Below, piece by piece: positions 24,067 through 36,697 of a stretch of 64,000 bases of DNA (the first letter of the stretch is position 1; each line of letters begins with the position of its first letter). The notes under the pieces were generated by a model. That model was not told the origin of the DNA, searched no databases, and saw nothing but the letters and a program-made list of their open reading frames with translations. Source of the stretch: Vitrella brassicaformis CCMP3155 (Eukaryota; Protista; Chromerida). A program made the position numbers and the translations under genes. The stretch is from the NCBI GenBank assembly GCA_001179505.1, contig CDMY01000437.1, forward strand, positions 1 through 64,000. Direction: 5' to 3'.

Positions 24067-26270
24067 TCAGCCGTTGCGCGCTGCACCAAGTAGCAGACGT
24101 GTGTCCCAACCGCTTATGCGTCTGATGCTGAAGCCGTCGATCTTGGCGCCGTCAAGAAGGAAGGCGTCGATAGAACCACGCTGCTCAGGCGTCGTCTTGT
24201 CGACCAGCAGCTTGACAGACTGGAGTCCCCTGAGGTGCATGGTATGATCGGTCAGCGATGAAAGGCGGGCGCGGACGACGCTGCCGGCATCCTCCACATC
24301 ATCAGGTACTGAAGGTGAACACACACAGAAGGCAGAAATGAGGATGGATGGACACAATGCCCTCTTCTCTCATCGTACGCGTCATGGTGAATTCTAGTTC
24401 TCTGATGGTCGGCAGCTCGTCGGCCGCCCCCAGCAATGGGTCTAGTTGGTCGACACCGATCTCCCCCATCGGCACCACATCCACCTCCCTCCCCCTCCCC
24501 AGTGCCGCCAACACGCCCACATTCTCCTCACCACCCGACATCCATCTGAGTCTCACCCCTTGCACCTTCTTCGGCACCTTGGCGGCCAGCAGCCGCCCGG
24601 CAGCACCACCCATTTCGCTCCAGACACACAGCTGTGAGGTCTTCGGGAACGGCTGGAGGTGTGTGATAATGGCGGGGTGGGGCGATGGGGTGTTGGCCGG
24701 GGGGTAGAACCCAAAAGCATTCTGGACCGACACCGTCTCGGCCTTGTCGAATGAGAGGCTGGATGCGATGTCAATGGCCGCTGGTCTGGGGTCGGTGTGC
24801 GGGTCGGTGAGGCCGTCCTGACTGAAGACGTACATCACCGATGTGGCCTGCCGGGCCAGCTGCTGAATCACGGTCTTGAATGGGGGTGAGGGGCGGGAGG
24901 GGAAATCCGTGGCGTAGAAGATGGAGAGATCAAGTTGGAGAAGGCCGGTTGTGGTGACAGCGAGTTGAGCGTCCGATCGGCAGCAGGCGACGACCAGCCG
25001 CTCCACGGCGAGCAGGACGGGCAACGTGTAGCGGCTGATGGCGTAGCGGGCAGAAAAGCGGACGTGCAGCTGCTTGAGAGAACGCCGGCAGCCCCGCGTC
25101 AGCAGCGCCTCCTGAAGGAAAGAACACACAGATGCAGGAAGGACATCTTGAACCACCCACACGCGCTGCTGTAAATGTGCGTTGTGGTCACCTGAAGCCG
25201 GTCGATGCCCGCCGGATTGTCAAGTTCGACCAAGATGGTGCCGATGCTCTCGAAGTTGCGAAGTGGCCCTCCCTGCCGCCCGGCGGGTGCCTCAGGGATC
25301 ACCTCAAACACACGCGCCCACTCGTCACCCCAATACGCCCCGTCGATGTGCTGCAGGGAGCGGGACGAGCTGATGAGTCGGCGCAGTCTGTCAGCCCACC
25401 ACCCCTCCGGCCGCACGATGGCGAGTGAGGGCATCTGCCAGCCCCGGTAGGCCAGCCCATGATGGTGGTGGGTCAGGCCGGCAATGGTGGTGAGCGCGTG
25501 GAGGGTGGGGGGCGCGTCGAGAGGCGCGGGGAGGGCTGGGTGAGTCCTCGTGACGGTTCGCCTCGCCGCGTCGGTCAGCCGAACCCCTTCTTCGATGGTG
25601 ATGGTCTGCAGGGTCCCGCCATCCATGTTGGCTGCCACCCGACCGGCAACGTGGCCCTCCACCAGGGCCACGAACACGTGAAGACACCACATGGGGAAGC
25701 CCAGGGGGTAGCAGAGGACGACACACGCCAGCTTCGTCAGGTATGTCGCCCATTCGGTGACCAAATCGATGGTGGTCCTCTGCCAAAAGAACCGCTCGTC
25801 TTCGGCTGCGGCGCTCATGGTGAGGTGGTGCTGCTTGCGGGCGGCGTGCTGCCACGTCAGGGGCGGCAACTGCAGCTGCATGAGCAGATGGATGGGTAGG
25901 AAGGCCATGACGGTGCTGAGGAGACCGGGCTGTACACAGCCACGCAGCACACGGGACGGCAAGAGATATTCGTCAGGGTGTGCATGCCCTCATTGCGTCG
26001 GGGCCACACTCACCGTGTCAGCGATTTGTTGCCGAAGGTCGCTCTCCGTCTCCTGACGTCGCTGCCGCTCCTCATCACTCTCACCACTACCACCACCAGC
26101 AGATGCAGACGCAGTCGAAGCCGCAGCAGCCGGCGCGTCACCACAACAAGACCACCTGACCTGCACCCATACAGCAAACACACCAACACAGCCGACATCC
26201 GTCTGGTGAAATGCGCCATCCATTGCCAGCGGTGCTGTGGTCGCCTCACCTGTCTATCTCCCTCCTCCAT
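24067..26270 (-). CDS. F-box-like / degenerate LRR-type lineage-specific protein
   Basis: Exons about 26270-26250, 26150-26014, 25929-25192, 25111-24334, 24310-24067. F-box-like PGLLSTVMAFLPIHLLMQLQL..WQHAA, then repeated L..L..L/LxxLxV segments (LRNFESIG, SLKQLHV, LPTIRELEF). Alternative in-frame start at 26333. Confidence 0.7.
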
Positions 26271-26871
26271 GGCCAGCTGTAGATCTGATTCTGTAGAACT
26301 CCAATGCCTCCTCTGAGGCCGCTGATTAGCCACTGCTCACGGCTCTATGACGTCGCTCCCTGACACACGAACACACACAGCACATGAGGCCTACACCGAT
26401 GGCGAATTCGCCTTCTCCCTGCCTTGAAGTACCTCAGAGTCAGGAAGGACGGGACGCGAGGATGCCTGTCATTCGACCCATCGATTTGAGGCGCAGCAGG
26501 CACAAAGGGGGGCCTCGGTCGCCCCTCAATGCTGCACACGGGCTGGTTCGCCTCTTGGTGCAAGTTTTATATCTGCGAGCTCGAAGGGGGTTCCTTCCCG
26601 AACACCTTGCCTCGTTTGGCATTTGTGTGTCGCCAGACTGCTCTGCGTTGGCAAAGGAACTCACCAATCGAAAAAATGACAAGATGACTCATGACGCACG
26701 GCACATGGGGGTGTGAGACACGATGCCCACAGGGGGAGGGCCCGTCACTAGGCTGTCCTGCACTGCCCGCATCATCAAAATGCCACACACCTTCAGGGGG
26801 GGGAGACGGGGGGCTGCGTTCAAACTTGAAACGCATCCTGGCCTTCCAAGAGTTCTTGATACATCAGCGCA

Positions 26872-28389
26872 ATGACGACGCTCAAGGCTTTTGTAGCGTT
26901 TACCATATGCTTTCTGGTGACCTCGACCACCGCCGTGGCCATCGGTAAGCATGGGCTGCAGCCAGCCGTGACGTGCTTTGGGCTGCCTCTTGTGTTGTCT
27001 TTCCAGAGGAAGACTACGACAGCTGTGAGGATTCGAGCTGCGCCACGGATGGCGGATTTGAATCCATCTCGGCTGGCATGTCCAGCAACCACAAAGACTA
27101 CAAAAACGGTGAGGAACGGTGAGGGGCTGCATGGCTGGATGCATCGATGTCCAAGGGCAGATCTATGCATCTCCCTGGTTGTATCCATCCATCCATACGT
27201 CCATTCATTCATTAAGGAGGTAGTTACTGTCCGCCCGCTGTGTGCAGGTGCGTCGTTTGTCGGCCGCACTCAGGAGGAGATCCAGACCATGACCGCCAAT
27301 AAGCACGGTGCGCATGGACGTGAAAACACCCAGACTTATCCGTGGTACACTGTGTGTGTGTGTGTGGTGTGTGTGTGTGTGTGGTGTGTGTGTGTGTGTG
27401 CAGGTGTTGCATTGGGCGCTGGTGAGTTGTCGGTGTTGCAGCAGCAGATTCAGACCGGCAAGGCCATCCTGCAGTCGGCCACCAAACTCTACACGGCAGC
27501 CGACTCGCTCAAGGCCGCCGCCAACGACCTGAGGGCATCAGCAGTGGCGACCATCGATGACATAGCTGACCGCATGGGCGCCATCATGGGCATCGAGCCG
27601 GGCACCATGGGTACACAATGATGCAGATCCCCTGCATATAGCGGAGGCCTTGCATGCAGCGCATATGTGCGTGTATACTGTCCATTTTATTTGGCTTGTG
27701 TTGCTTTGTTTGTTGCCCGATGGATGGATGGATGGATGGATGTGTGTGTTGCGTTGTGTGCAGCCATGGACACCGACCAGCCCCATTTCCTGATCCTCCA
27801 CAAGGTCCATCCTTGGTCCATCCTTCCATGCCACACACGACATGTTGTCTTGCCTTCCTGCTTTCAGGGTGGAAAGTCGTCGCAATCGGGAGGAAAGTCG
27901 GATAAAGAGTGGGAACACGAAGAGACGAAGCGGATAAAGCAGAAGACAAAGCAGGACCGTATAAACGCAGGTAGACAGGCAGATGACGTACGTCAAATTG
28001 ACATGTTTCTCTGTCTGTCTGTCTGGGTCCATATCCCCCGTGGCTTCAGGCGAGTGTAAGGACGACGGCGAGTGCACGGAGGAGGGCAAGTTCTGCTACA
28101 AGCACGTGACAGACCAGAAGAAGCTCTACACGCAGCAAATCGGGAAGTGCAAGGCAAGCGATAGATAGAGGTCAAGAAACCCCCTCTCTCTGATTGGTTG
28201 ACTGCACGGTTGCAGAGGGCTGGCGGCCTTTGGGACGATGGGTGCGGCAAGGAGCACCCCTGGTCGAAGGAGCACCCCTGCGGCACCGGCCTTAAGTGCC
28301 AGACAAAGACACACAGATTTTGGGCTGACATCGTCCCTATCGTAAACACGGTTCACGTCTGCCTCAAGCCTGAAAAAGAGAGTTATTAG
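26872..28389 (+). CDS. Secreted protein: signal peptide, helical mid-region, C-terminal 8-Cys domain (colipase/prokineticin-like spacing)
   Basis: MTTLKAFVAFTICFLVTSTTAVAI is signal-peptide-like. Eight exons with consistent phases. The last intron 28154-28215 is GC-AG. C-terminus ECKDDGECTEEGKFC...GKC|KRAGGLWDDGC..HPCGTGLKC..HVCLKPEKESY*. Confidence 0.8.
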
Positions 28390-29479
28390 CAAGCTCGCCA
28401 GTCGAATGGCCAAACACCACACCACACAATTAGCTGGCACACTGTTAGTATGGTCACACCGATGGGCGACACCTATATGTGTCTCCATGTGTGTCTCCGC
28501 TGCCTGTCTGGCTGCCTGTCTGTCTCTCTGTCTGTCTGTCTGTCTGTCTGTCTGATGGGTAGATGGATGGATGTGTTGGCAATCGATGGCTGATTTAATT
28601 GCCTTTGTTGGTTGACGCACACACACACACACACACACGCTCACATGCGGACGCCCGGTTTTCTTTTTCTTACATCCATCGGTCGGTCGGTGTACAGATT
28701 TCGGACGGTCATGATGGACACGCCAGCTGTGGTGAACCGACGGCATTCATTCGTCAATGAATTGCACAGACAGCCCAATGTGTATGTGCAGCCGTCCGGC
28801 CGACCTGTTGCTGACCGAGAGTCGCCGCGCAATCCCATTAACACCACGGGGTGATGCATGTTTGCACGGCCGTCTGTGCGGCCGTTTCATTCTCACAGGA
28901 GTTGACACATTGGTCTCAACGCGCAGCGCACATATAGAAGACCTCACGTCACGCACATCGATGAAGTCAGTAAGTGACTGACTGACCAAACAAAAAGCAG
29001 ACAGCCGCTCCCGCCGCCTACGTATCATCGGCAGCCCCTGTCCGTCATCTGTAGAGCTGGCCAGTCGTTAACACTATGACATGGACACACCCACATACAC
29101 ACACACCTAAGCATGTCAGCTGACAAAACTGCCCCACTGCCCCTCCGCTATGATTCGTCGAGACAAGACAACCAGCCTGACAAACACCTCCACACACACA
29201 ATATAAGACCCTCACCTTGAGGCATCGAGAGCTGCAGTCATTCCTACATATGAGTGAGTGGTTTGAGAAATAATTGCATCGGGTGGAGGTGAGTGTGTCT
29301 TGAGTGTCTTGTTTTTATGCACCCCTTGCCGATGTTTTGTATATACACGTATGTACACGTGGGCGCCTGATTCACGTAAGGCAACTTGTTTCAGTCGGTA
29401 GCCTTTCTCCTTGTCATGTGTGTCTGTTTCTCTCTGTGTGTGTCGGTGTGTGTGTGGGTGACGTCAAGCGCTCTAGAAT

Positions 29480-29950
29480 TCTGATCTCTCTCTCTCTCTC
29501 TCTGTCTGTGTGTGTGTCTGTGTGTGATGTGTGTGAGTGGCTGGGCAACGAGTGTGAAACACACACCGCCGTGTCTGTGTCAATGTGTGTGCAGCAAGCA
29601 ATGCGTCACACATGGATGGATGGACGGACACACAGAGAGTGTGGTGGACCGGTCGGCCTGTCTGCGGGCACATATATGTGTACACATTCAGAGAGGGAGG
29701 GAGAGAGACAGATATCAGCCGTCAGCCACCACGTGCAGCAAACACCAACAATAGCAGATGGCGAGAGAGAGGCAAAACAGACAGACAGAGAGACAGACAG
29801 ACACGGCAGCCAGCCACTGATAAGTGCACACACGAATCGAGTGGCAGATAGACAGAGACTGACCAGTCGGAAAACCCACGCGCACCATTGAAGCCGTCTA
29901 TGTGGCCGACAGTGCCGCTCACATCTCAACACCGCCGCCCAGGAATGCAA
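29480..29950 (-). repeat. Orphan copy of the family F 3' flank with no adjacent coding exons
   Basis: Reverse complement of about 29870-29915 matches GGCCACATAGATGGCTTCAATGGTGCGCGTGGG..TTTTCCGACTGGTCAGTCTCTGTC at 4170-4230. GATATCAGCC..CAGCCACCACGTGCAGCAAACACCAA recurs at about 29712 and 30767. Confidence 0.75.
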
Positions 29951-31108
29951 CCGGACCAGGACGATTTGTGTGTTCATCTGTGTGCCTCTTCTCTCCCTCA
30001 GTGTGTACGTTTGTATGTGTGTAAGTACACATCTGGATGCCACGTTAAAGCGTGATTAAATATTGATTGATGCGGCATCATTGGGCATCTATGCCGCGTG
30101 CGTATCATTTACACGCCAGCATCAGGCAGCCCCCGTCCGTCAATCTGTAGAGCTAGCCACGTATGCACAGAGAGAGAGGGTTATGTCAATCATTCATACA
30201 TACATCAAGTCGATGTAAAGAGAGGAAGTAGAATGCATGTACGTATATACATAGATGTGTCCTAAGGACAAAACATACACAGATGCCAGGGGGAGAGGAG
30301 ACAGCTGACGTGAGGCAAGGCAGCAGAGATGGACCACAGGCACATGTGAATCCCACCCCACCCACCTCATGCAGCCACCCATCGCACCGCCACTGTGCAG
30401 CATGAGTAAGGAGAATTGGACTAAGTCGCTCAGTCCGCATTTGTATGTTCATAAAAGCGTCCAGCAAAAACGCCTCGGCGACAGAGTGCCATGCAGGAGC
30501 CGAACACGACATGAAGTCAGGACGACACACACACAGAAAAGAAGGGGACCCATCCGCCTGCCTCCCCACCAGCCACCAGCTATACGCATCAATCAGTCGC
30601 CGAGGACCAACAAGCAGGCTAAAATGACTGACTGCATGGAAACAGTCTGTCTGTGCGTCTGTCTGTGTGTGTGGAGCAAGCAACGCGTCACAGATGGATG
30701 GATGGATCGATGGATGGATGGACACATAGAGTGGGGTGCACATTCAGAGAGAGGGGGGGAGAGACAGATATCAGCCACCAGCCACCACGTGCAGCAAACA
30801 CCAATCGATGCAGTCATTCATTCATTCATACGAGAGAGAGGCAAAACAGACGGACAGACCAACCGGCATGGCCGCCAGCCACTGATAAATGTATGCATGT
30901 GTCTATCAGGCAGATCGACAGAGACTGACCGGTCGGGAAACCCACACACTGTAGGCCATGTGTGCGCTATCTTAGACATCTATATCGACTCTGCCCAACC
31001 TGACAGACAAATGAAAAAACAGAGGGCACAGTCAGACAGCATTGGGTTTGTCGTATGTGTGGGCATCTTCTGCTCGTGTCAACCGTGTTTGGTGCATACC
31101 TCAGCTGT

Positions 31109-32488
31109 CTATCGCTCGAAAAGGATGGCTGAGATGACGGCCCCCAGCACCACCCGCGCCAGCCGAGTGGTCTGAGGGAAGCGGTCCTTGAAGGCATCGC
31201 CCACACCACACACAGCCGACTCGCTGGTCATGACCCACACCTGCACTGCAAACGAATGACAGGGGAGGACAGCAGCGGACAGCACATGTCCTCACAGCAA
31301 GCGAGAGTGAGTGTTGTATGTGATTCCATGGGTTTGTCACCCTCCTCCCCCTCGCTGTGCCGTGCTGGGCTGACCAGTGTGGGAATTGCCGTCGTGCATG
31401 ACGGTGATCCACGCGACGAACGAGTGGCGGGCGTTGGTCAGGACGAGATTACGAGAACTCAAGCCGGCAGCGAAGCGAGCTGATGTCGTGGTGGTGCATC
31501 CCTCCACTGGTGTGTGGGGGCATTGCGTCAGCAGGTTGAGCAGCCGGTTGCTGTCGACATGCCTGATCAGCCAAGACACACACACATTCATCAGTCACTC
31601 GTGTGTCGTGGCAGTGCCCACACAGAGTGATGCTCCGCCTCACCTGTCGATAGCGCGGTCAGTGCTGCTGGCCTGGTGAGTCTTTTTGAAGTGGTTGATG
31701 ACGATGCTCTTGACGAACGACGACACGGACGAGGAGTCCCATGGCAATGGCGCCAGCTGCACCCAGCCCTCGGTCAGCAGATAGTCGATGTTGCTGCGGA
31801 CTGGGGGATCGTGCGGCTGTCGGTGCTGCTGGTAGGGGTGGTTGGCAGGGAGAGGCGGGTCGATGTCGATCTCGAAGCCGTCCTGGTCCTTGATGGCCCG
31901 CAGTGTGTTGTCGTGCTGGAACAGCTGGAAGGTCACGCCGTTGCCGAAGTCGATGTGGGGGCCGACCATCTTGAGCTGAGCCAACACACGGGGAGCGGCC
32001 AAATACGCCTGCACACACAACACATCAACACACCACACACCGATTGAGAGCCATCCATTCTCCCTCCCTCCCTCAATCGGTTGGCTTACCGTCTTGTTTG
32101 GGTATTGGTGCAGATCGGCCGCAGTGAGCCTCACAGGCAGCTGGCAGCGGCCGCACTGCCCCGCCAGCTCGACCGCCTCGCGCATCTCACTCCAGCCGCC
32201 CGCCTCCGTCACACACAGCGCCGCCAGGAGGCCGCCCACACCCATCTGCTGGTCGTCGAAGGTCAGCAGCTGCTGTCCGTCGGCCGCCCGCCGCAGCCCC
32301 GCCTGTGTGCTGAGCGAATGGCTGAGCCGCTGCCGCAGCTGAGGCGCTTTGAAGAGCTGTCTGAGCCAGCGGCGTGTGGCCCTCAGCTCCAGGATGTCAT
32401 CGAGGCTGAGCAGGTAGAAGGTGCGGCGGCCGACGAAGATGTACTCGATGGGATGCTGCTGCTGCTGGTCGGGCTGCTGTTGCTGCAT
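31109..32488 (-). CDS. Family F copy 4, short form (MQQQQPDQQQQHPIEYIFVGRRTFYLLSLDDILELRATRRW...)
   Basis: Four exons with the conserved family introns. F-box-like YLLSLDDILELRAT..WLRQLF. Ends AILFER* (TAG at 31111-31109). Confidence 0.85.
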
Positions 32489-32668
32489 GCCTGTCGAGGC
32501 CGTCAGATCTGCAGACAGGCAGCTTGGCGAGAGAGAGGGGAGGGCGGGCGGGGGAGGCGATGCCCCAAGACGCGATGCCGGGCAACCGGGAAGCAGAAGA
32601 CGATGCGGGAAGGTCGGTCGGTCGGTCGGTCGGTCGGTTAAAAAGGGAAGGAGGGGAGTGCCTTGCCA

Positions 32669-32679
32669 GCTTAGCTCGC
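32669..32679 (+). promoter_or_regulatory. Candidate promoter motif GCTTAGCTCGC
   Basis: Exact match in the divergent gap between copy 4 and the coiled-coil gene, 115 bp upstream of ATG 32794. Confidence 0.6.
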
Positions 32680-32793
32680 ACCTTCCCCCCGGCGAAACCG
32701 CTGCCCCCCGGCGAAGGTGTCATGCAGAGGGGAATGAGTTGAGCAGGATAGTCACCACCAAGATCTTCTTACAGCCAGCCTACGCAATCAGTC

Positions 32794-35700
32794 ATGGAAG
32801 AGGAGTCTGCCGCACCAGCTCAGGAAGAGGAGGAAGGCAACGGCGAAGGCGAGGGCATGGAGACCGAGGAGCAGGAAGACCTCGCCGAGCAGCAAGGCGA
32901 TGAAGAGCTGGCGGCTGCGGAGGATGAAGAAATGGGTGAAGGCGAAGAGGAAGAGCAGGAGTGGGACGAGGAGGAATGGGGCGAAGAGGGCGAGGGATGG
33001 GAGTGGCAAGTGGAGGGAGAGGGAGAGGAAGAGGAAGAGGTAGAGGAGGAGGAGGAGGAGGAAGAACAAGAGCCGGCGGCTGAAGAGGAGGCGCAACCCG
33101 AGGAGGCAGATGAAGATGAACCGATGAATCAGGGCGACGAACAGCAGCCAGACCAGCTACAAGGTGAGCGCGGCCAGCCTCTCGCTCGTCTCACTCACAC
33201 ATGCGCCTTCTCCTCTTTTGTCGTGTGTGGTGTTTGCAGCCGCCGCACACGAGCCGCCGGCTGAACAACCCGGAGATCAGCCCGCCGCTCATCGCATGGA
33301 GCCTGCCGGCCAGCCATCTCCCTCGCTATCCCCAACACCGTCACCATCGCCTTCACCATCACCCGAGGCCCCTCAAGCGCCACGCACTGAAGAGGATGCC
33401 GACGCCGACCAAGTCGACCAGGCCATGCACGAGCAGGACGAAAGCGGCCCAGCCCAGCCCGACCAGCAGCCACAGCCAGAAGAGGCCAAGGACGCCGAGG
33501 CGCCAGCAGCCGAGGCGCTAGCAGCCGAGGCTGGCGTGGAGGAGGAGGAAGAGGAGGACAAATTGGCCGAGCAACCGCCAGACCACGCGGCACCTGCGGC
33601 GGGTGAGATCGAGGCCCATGCCGTGCCTGACGAGGGAGCAGGACAGCCACAGCCAGAAGAGACCGAAGAGGTCGAGGAGGCCGCTGCCGATGCTGAGCAA
33701 GAGCAAGAGGGAGAGACTGAGAAGCAACAGGGAGAGGGAGAGGAGGAGAGGCCGGCAGAGTCGCCACCAGAGGCTGAGGGAGAGGCTGAGGCTGCCCCAG
33801 CGGGTGAGGCCGAGCCACCTGCTCAGATTGGCGAGGAGGCTGAGCAGCCAGAGGTCCAGGAGGTCGAGATGGAGGCCGCTGCAGAAGATGTCGAGGTCAC
33901 GGCCACAGAGGAGGCCGCAGGGGAGGGGGTCGGCGAAGGGGAGGGAGAGGGGGAGGGAGAAGGAGAGGGAGATGGCCAGGCGTCGCAACAGGAGCCTATC
34001 GAGACCGAGGGAGCTCAGCCGACCGATGAGGAGGAGCCCTCTGTCCTTGCTCCCTCACCGGCCGCCGACCAAGACACAGCCGGCGAGAGAGGTCAGCCGA
34101 CCGCCCAGGACGAGGCGACGACCGTCGCTCAAGAGCCCAGCGCACCCCCGCCCCCACCGCCCACCGACCAAGAAATGGCCGCAGCGGAGCCGCCAGCTGA
34201 GGAAGCCATCATGGCCCGAGTTCGAGAGCTCGAAGCGGCTCTGCAGTCGAGCAGGCAGGAGCTGACTCAGACATGCGAGACGTCCAGCAAGCAGGCAGAG
34301 GAGTACCAGCGTCAGATCGCCACGCTCTCGGCATCGGTGGCCGACCACGAGAAGCACACCGCGCAGCTGGACGATCAACTGCGGGTGGAGAAGGACAAGT
34401 CGGCTGCGGCGGTTCAGCAGTGTGATGCGCTCAGCAAGGACAAGACGGCCGCCGAGCAACGCGCCAGCGACCTCGCACGACAGCTAGAAGAGGCCAAGAA
34501 AGAGACGGAGAATCTTCGCGCGGCCATGGCGGCGTCGTCCACTGAGCTCTCTGACGAGCTTGGTGTCGAGAAGGAGAAGAACACCGCCGCGCAAGCGCAG
34601 ATCGAGGGCCTGCAGAAGGAGAGGGACGGGCTGTCGCAGCAGCTGGCCGAAGTCCAAGAGGAGCTCCAGACGCGGATGGCCGAGGCGGAGCGGGGCTTCA
34701 TGGCCATGAGTGAGGAGTCGACCAGGCTGGCAGACGAGCTGACCCGCCAGAAGGAAGCTACAGCCGCGGCGTCAGCCGACCACGACGCCCAGACAACCGC
34801 TCTCGCACAGGAGCTGCAAGCCGAGAGAGACAAGAGCGCCGCCGCCCTGCACCAGGTCGAGACGCTCGAGAAGGAGAGAACCGACCTGTTCGAGCAGCTT
34901 TCCACGGCTCTCGCTGACGGCAAGGCCACCGCCACCGAGCTGGCGACGATCCGCCACCAACATGAGAGACAAGAGAGGCACCTGCAGCGGCTGGAGGCCG
35001 AGAGCAGCCAGCGATCGTCTCTCGAGGCCCGGCTGGCAACAGAGGTGGAGTCACGAAGGCGGGCCATCGAGGCGCTCAGCGGGCTGCAGACAAAGCTCGA
35101 CGAGCAGACGGCTGAGCTGAGCCGTTTGCGGAGGCTGGAGAGGGTGGTGGGTGAGCAGAAGCCGGCGCTTCTCAAGTCGCTTGAGGAGATGGACAAGATG
35201 CGCAAGACGGCCATCGAAGAGAGGAATGCGTGGCGACGACAATACGCCGACAGCCAGGCGGTGAGTCAATGAAGGAGGGAGGGAACCGATACACAGCCCG
35301 ACTCGGTGGCCTCCTGCTCTGTGTGTGTTGTCGTTATCAGCGATGTGAGTCGTTGGAGTCGAAGCTGCGTTCAGTGGAGAAGGAGCTCGAGGAGGCCAAG
35401 GTCACGGCATCCAACGCGCCACAGCCACCCCCAGACCAGCAGGCGGCAGCAGCTGCAGCCGCCGCCGCCGCCGCCGCCCAGGCAGCAACACTCGAGGTGG
35501 ACAAGGCGGTTGTGCGGGAGCAGCTGCTGGCCAAGGTCGACCAGGCCCTGGCTGAGAGGGAGTACGGCAAGATGGACGTGGTGGAGGTCTTCCAGGCCCT
35601 GTCGGTGCTCTGCGAAGGCGAGGGCAAACCTGCCGTAAACAATCTACTAGAACAGGGGGGCGACACGCGTGTTGGTTTGCCATTCTCTCTCCTCTCTGTG

Positions 35701-36666
35701 TGTGTATGTGTGTGAATGTGGTGTGGTCAGTCTGCTTTGGACACGCTGAATCTGCTCAAGGGCATGCACCAGTCCTACGAGCTGGTCGGTCAGGATCCCC
35801 CCCCACATACACAGAGAGACAGAGAGAGAGAGAGGGAGCGAGAGAGGGAGGGACGGTAGATACACACACCACACATCCCTCCATGTGTGTGCCACGGATG
35901 CCGTCAGATGCGCAAGTACTCCAAGCAAGCCGAGGAGGAGCAGGTGCGGCTGCTCGACCTCAACCGCCAGATGGAGCGTCTCGAGGCCGACCGACACGCA
36001 CTCGCCGAGTGGAAGAAGGCACACGAAGAAGTCGTGCAGAACTGGGTGAGGCCGCCTTGACAACAGCAGCAGCAAGGAGTTGCTGTGTGCTGTGTGGTAG
36101 TACCGTCTTGCTCGTATGTGTGTGTGTGTGTGTGTGGTGTGCAGGAGGAAGAGCGGAAGATGCTGGTGGAGCATGCCGACGCCAAGATCTTCGTGCAGGA
36201 GAAACTCTGCCGCTCCGAACAGCAGAACGAGTCCCTACGAAGACAGGTCAGTGTCTCAATGACACACACACACATCCATCCATCCATCCATCTCTCTCTC
36301 ACTGGTCCTGTGTGCTGTGTGTGTCAGCTGATAGCCCGTGACGCCACCATCCTGAAGCAGCGTGCCGCTCTTGACACACGGGACGCCGTCCTGGGCGAAA
36401 AACTCACCACCATGATCAACAACGGTGGGTACCAAGAGGGGGGCCATCTGTGAGTGAGTGGCGAGGCGACCAACTATCTCGGTGTTTGTGTTTGTATGTG
36501 TGTGTGTGTGTGTGTGGACACAGGCATGGTGCCAATGGAGGAGGTCGTGTCGAAGCTGAGTGCCGCCGAGCTCCAGGAGTACCGGCGCGACCCCAAGGCT
36601 GTCCTCAACGACATACTCGACCAGAACAGGTGTGCAGGGTGCAGCCAGTGGGCGGCCGTGAAGGCG

Positions 36667-36697
<31 letters not shown>

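Noticed and set aside
30072-30100. GCGGCAT..ATGCCGC hairpin as a Helitron 3' end
   Set aside because: No CTRR terminus at the expected distance on either strand, and not seen at the other unit ends.
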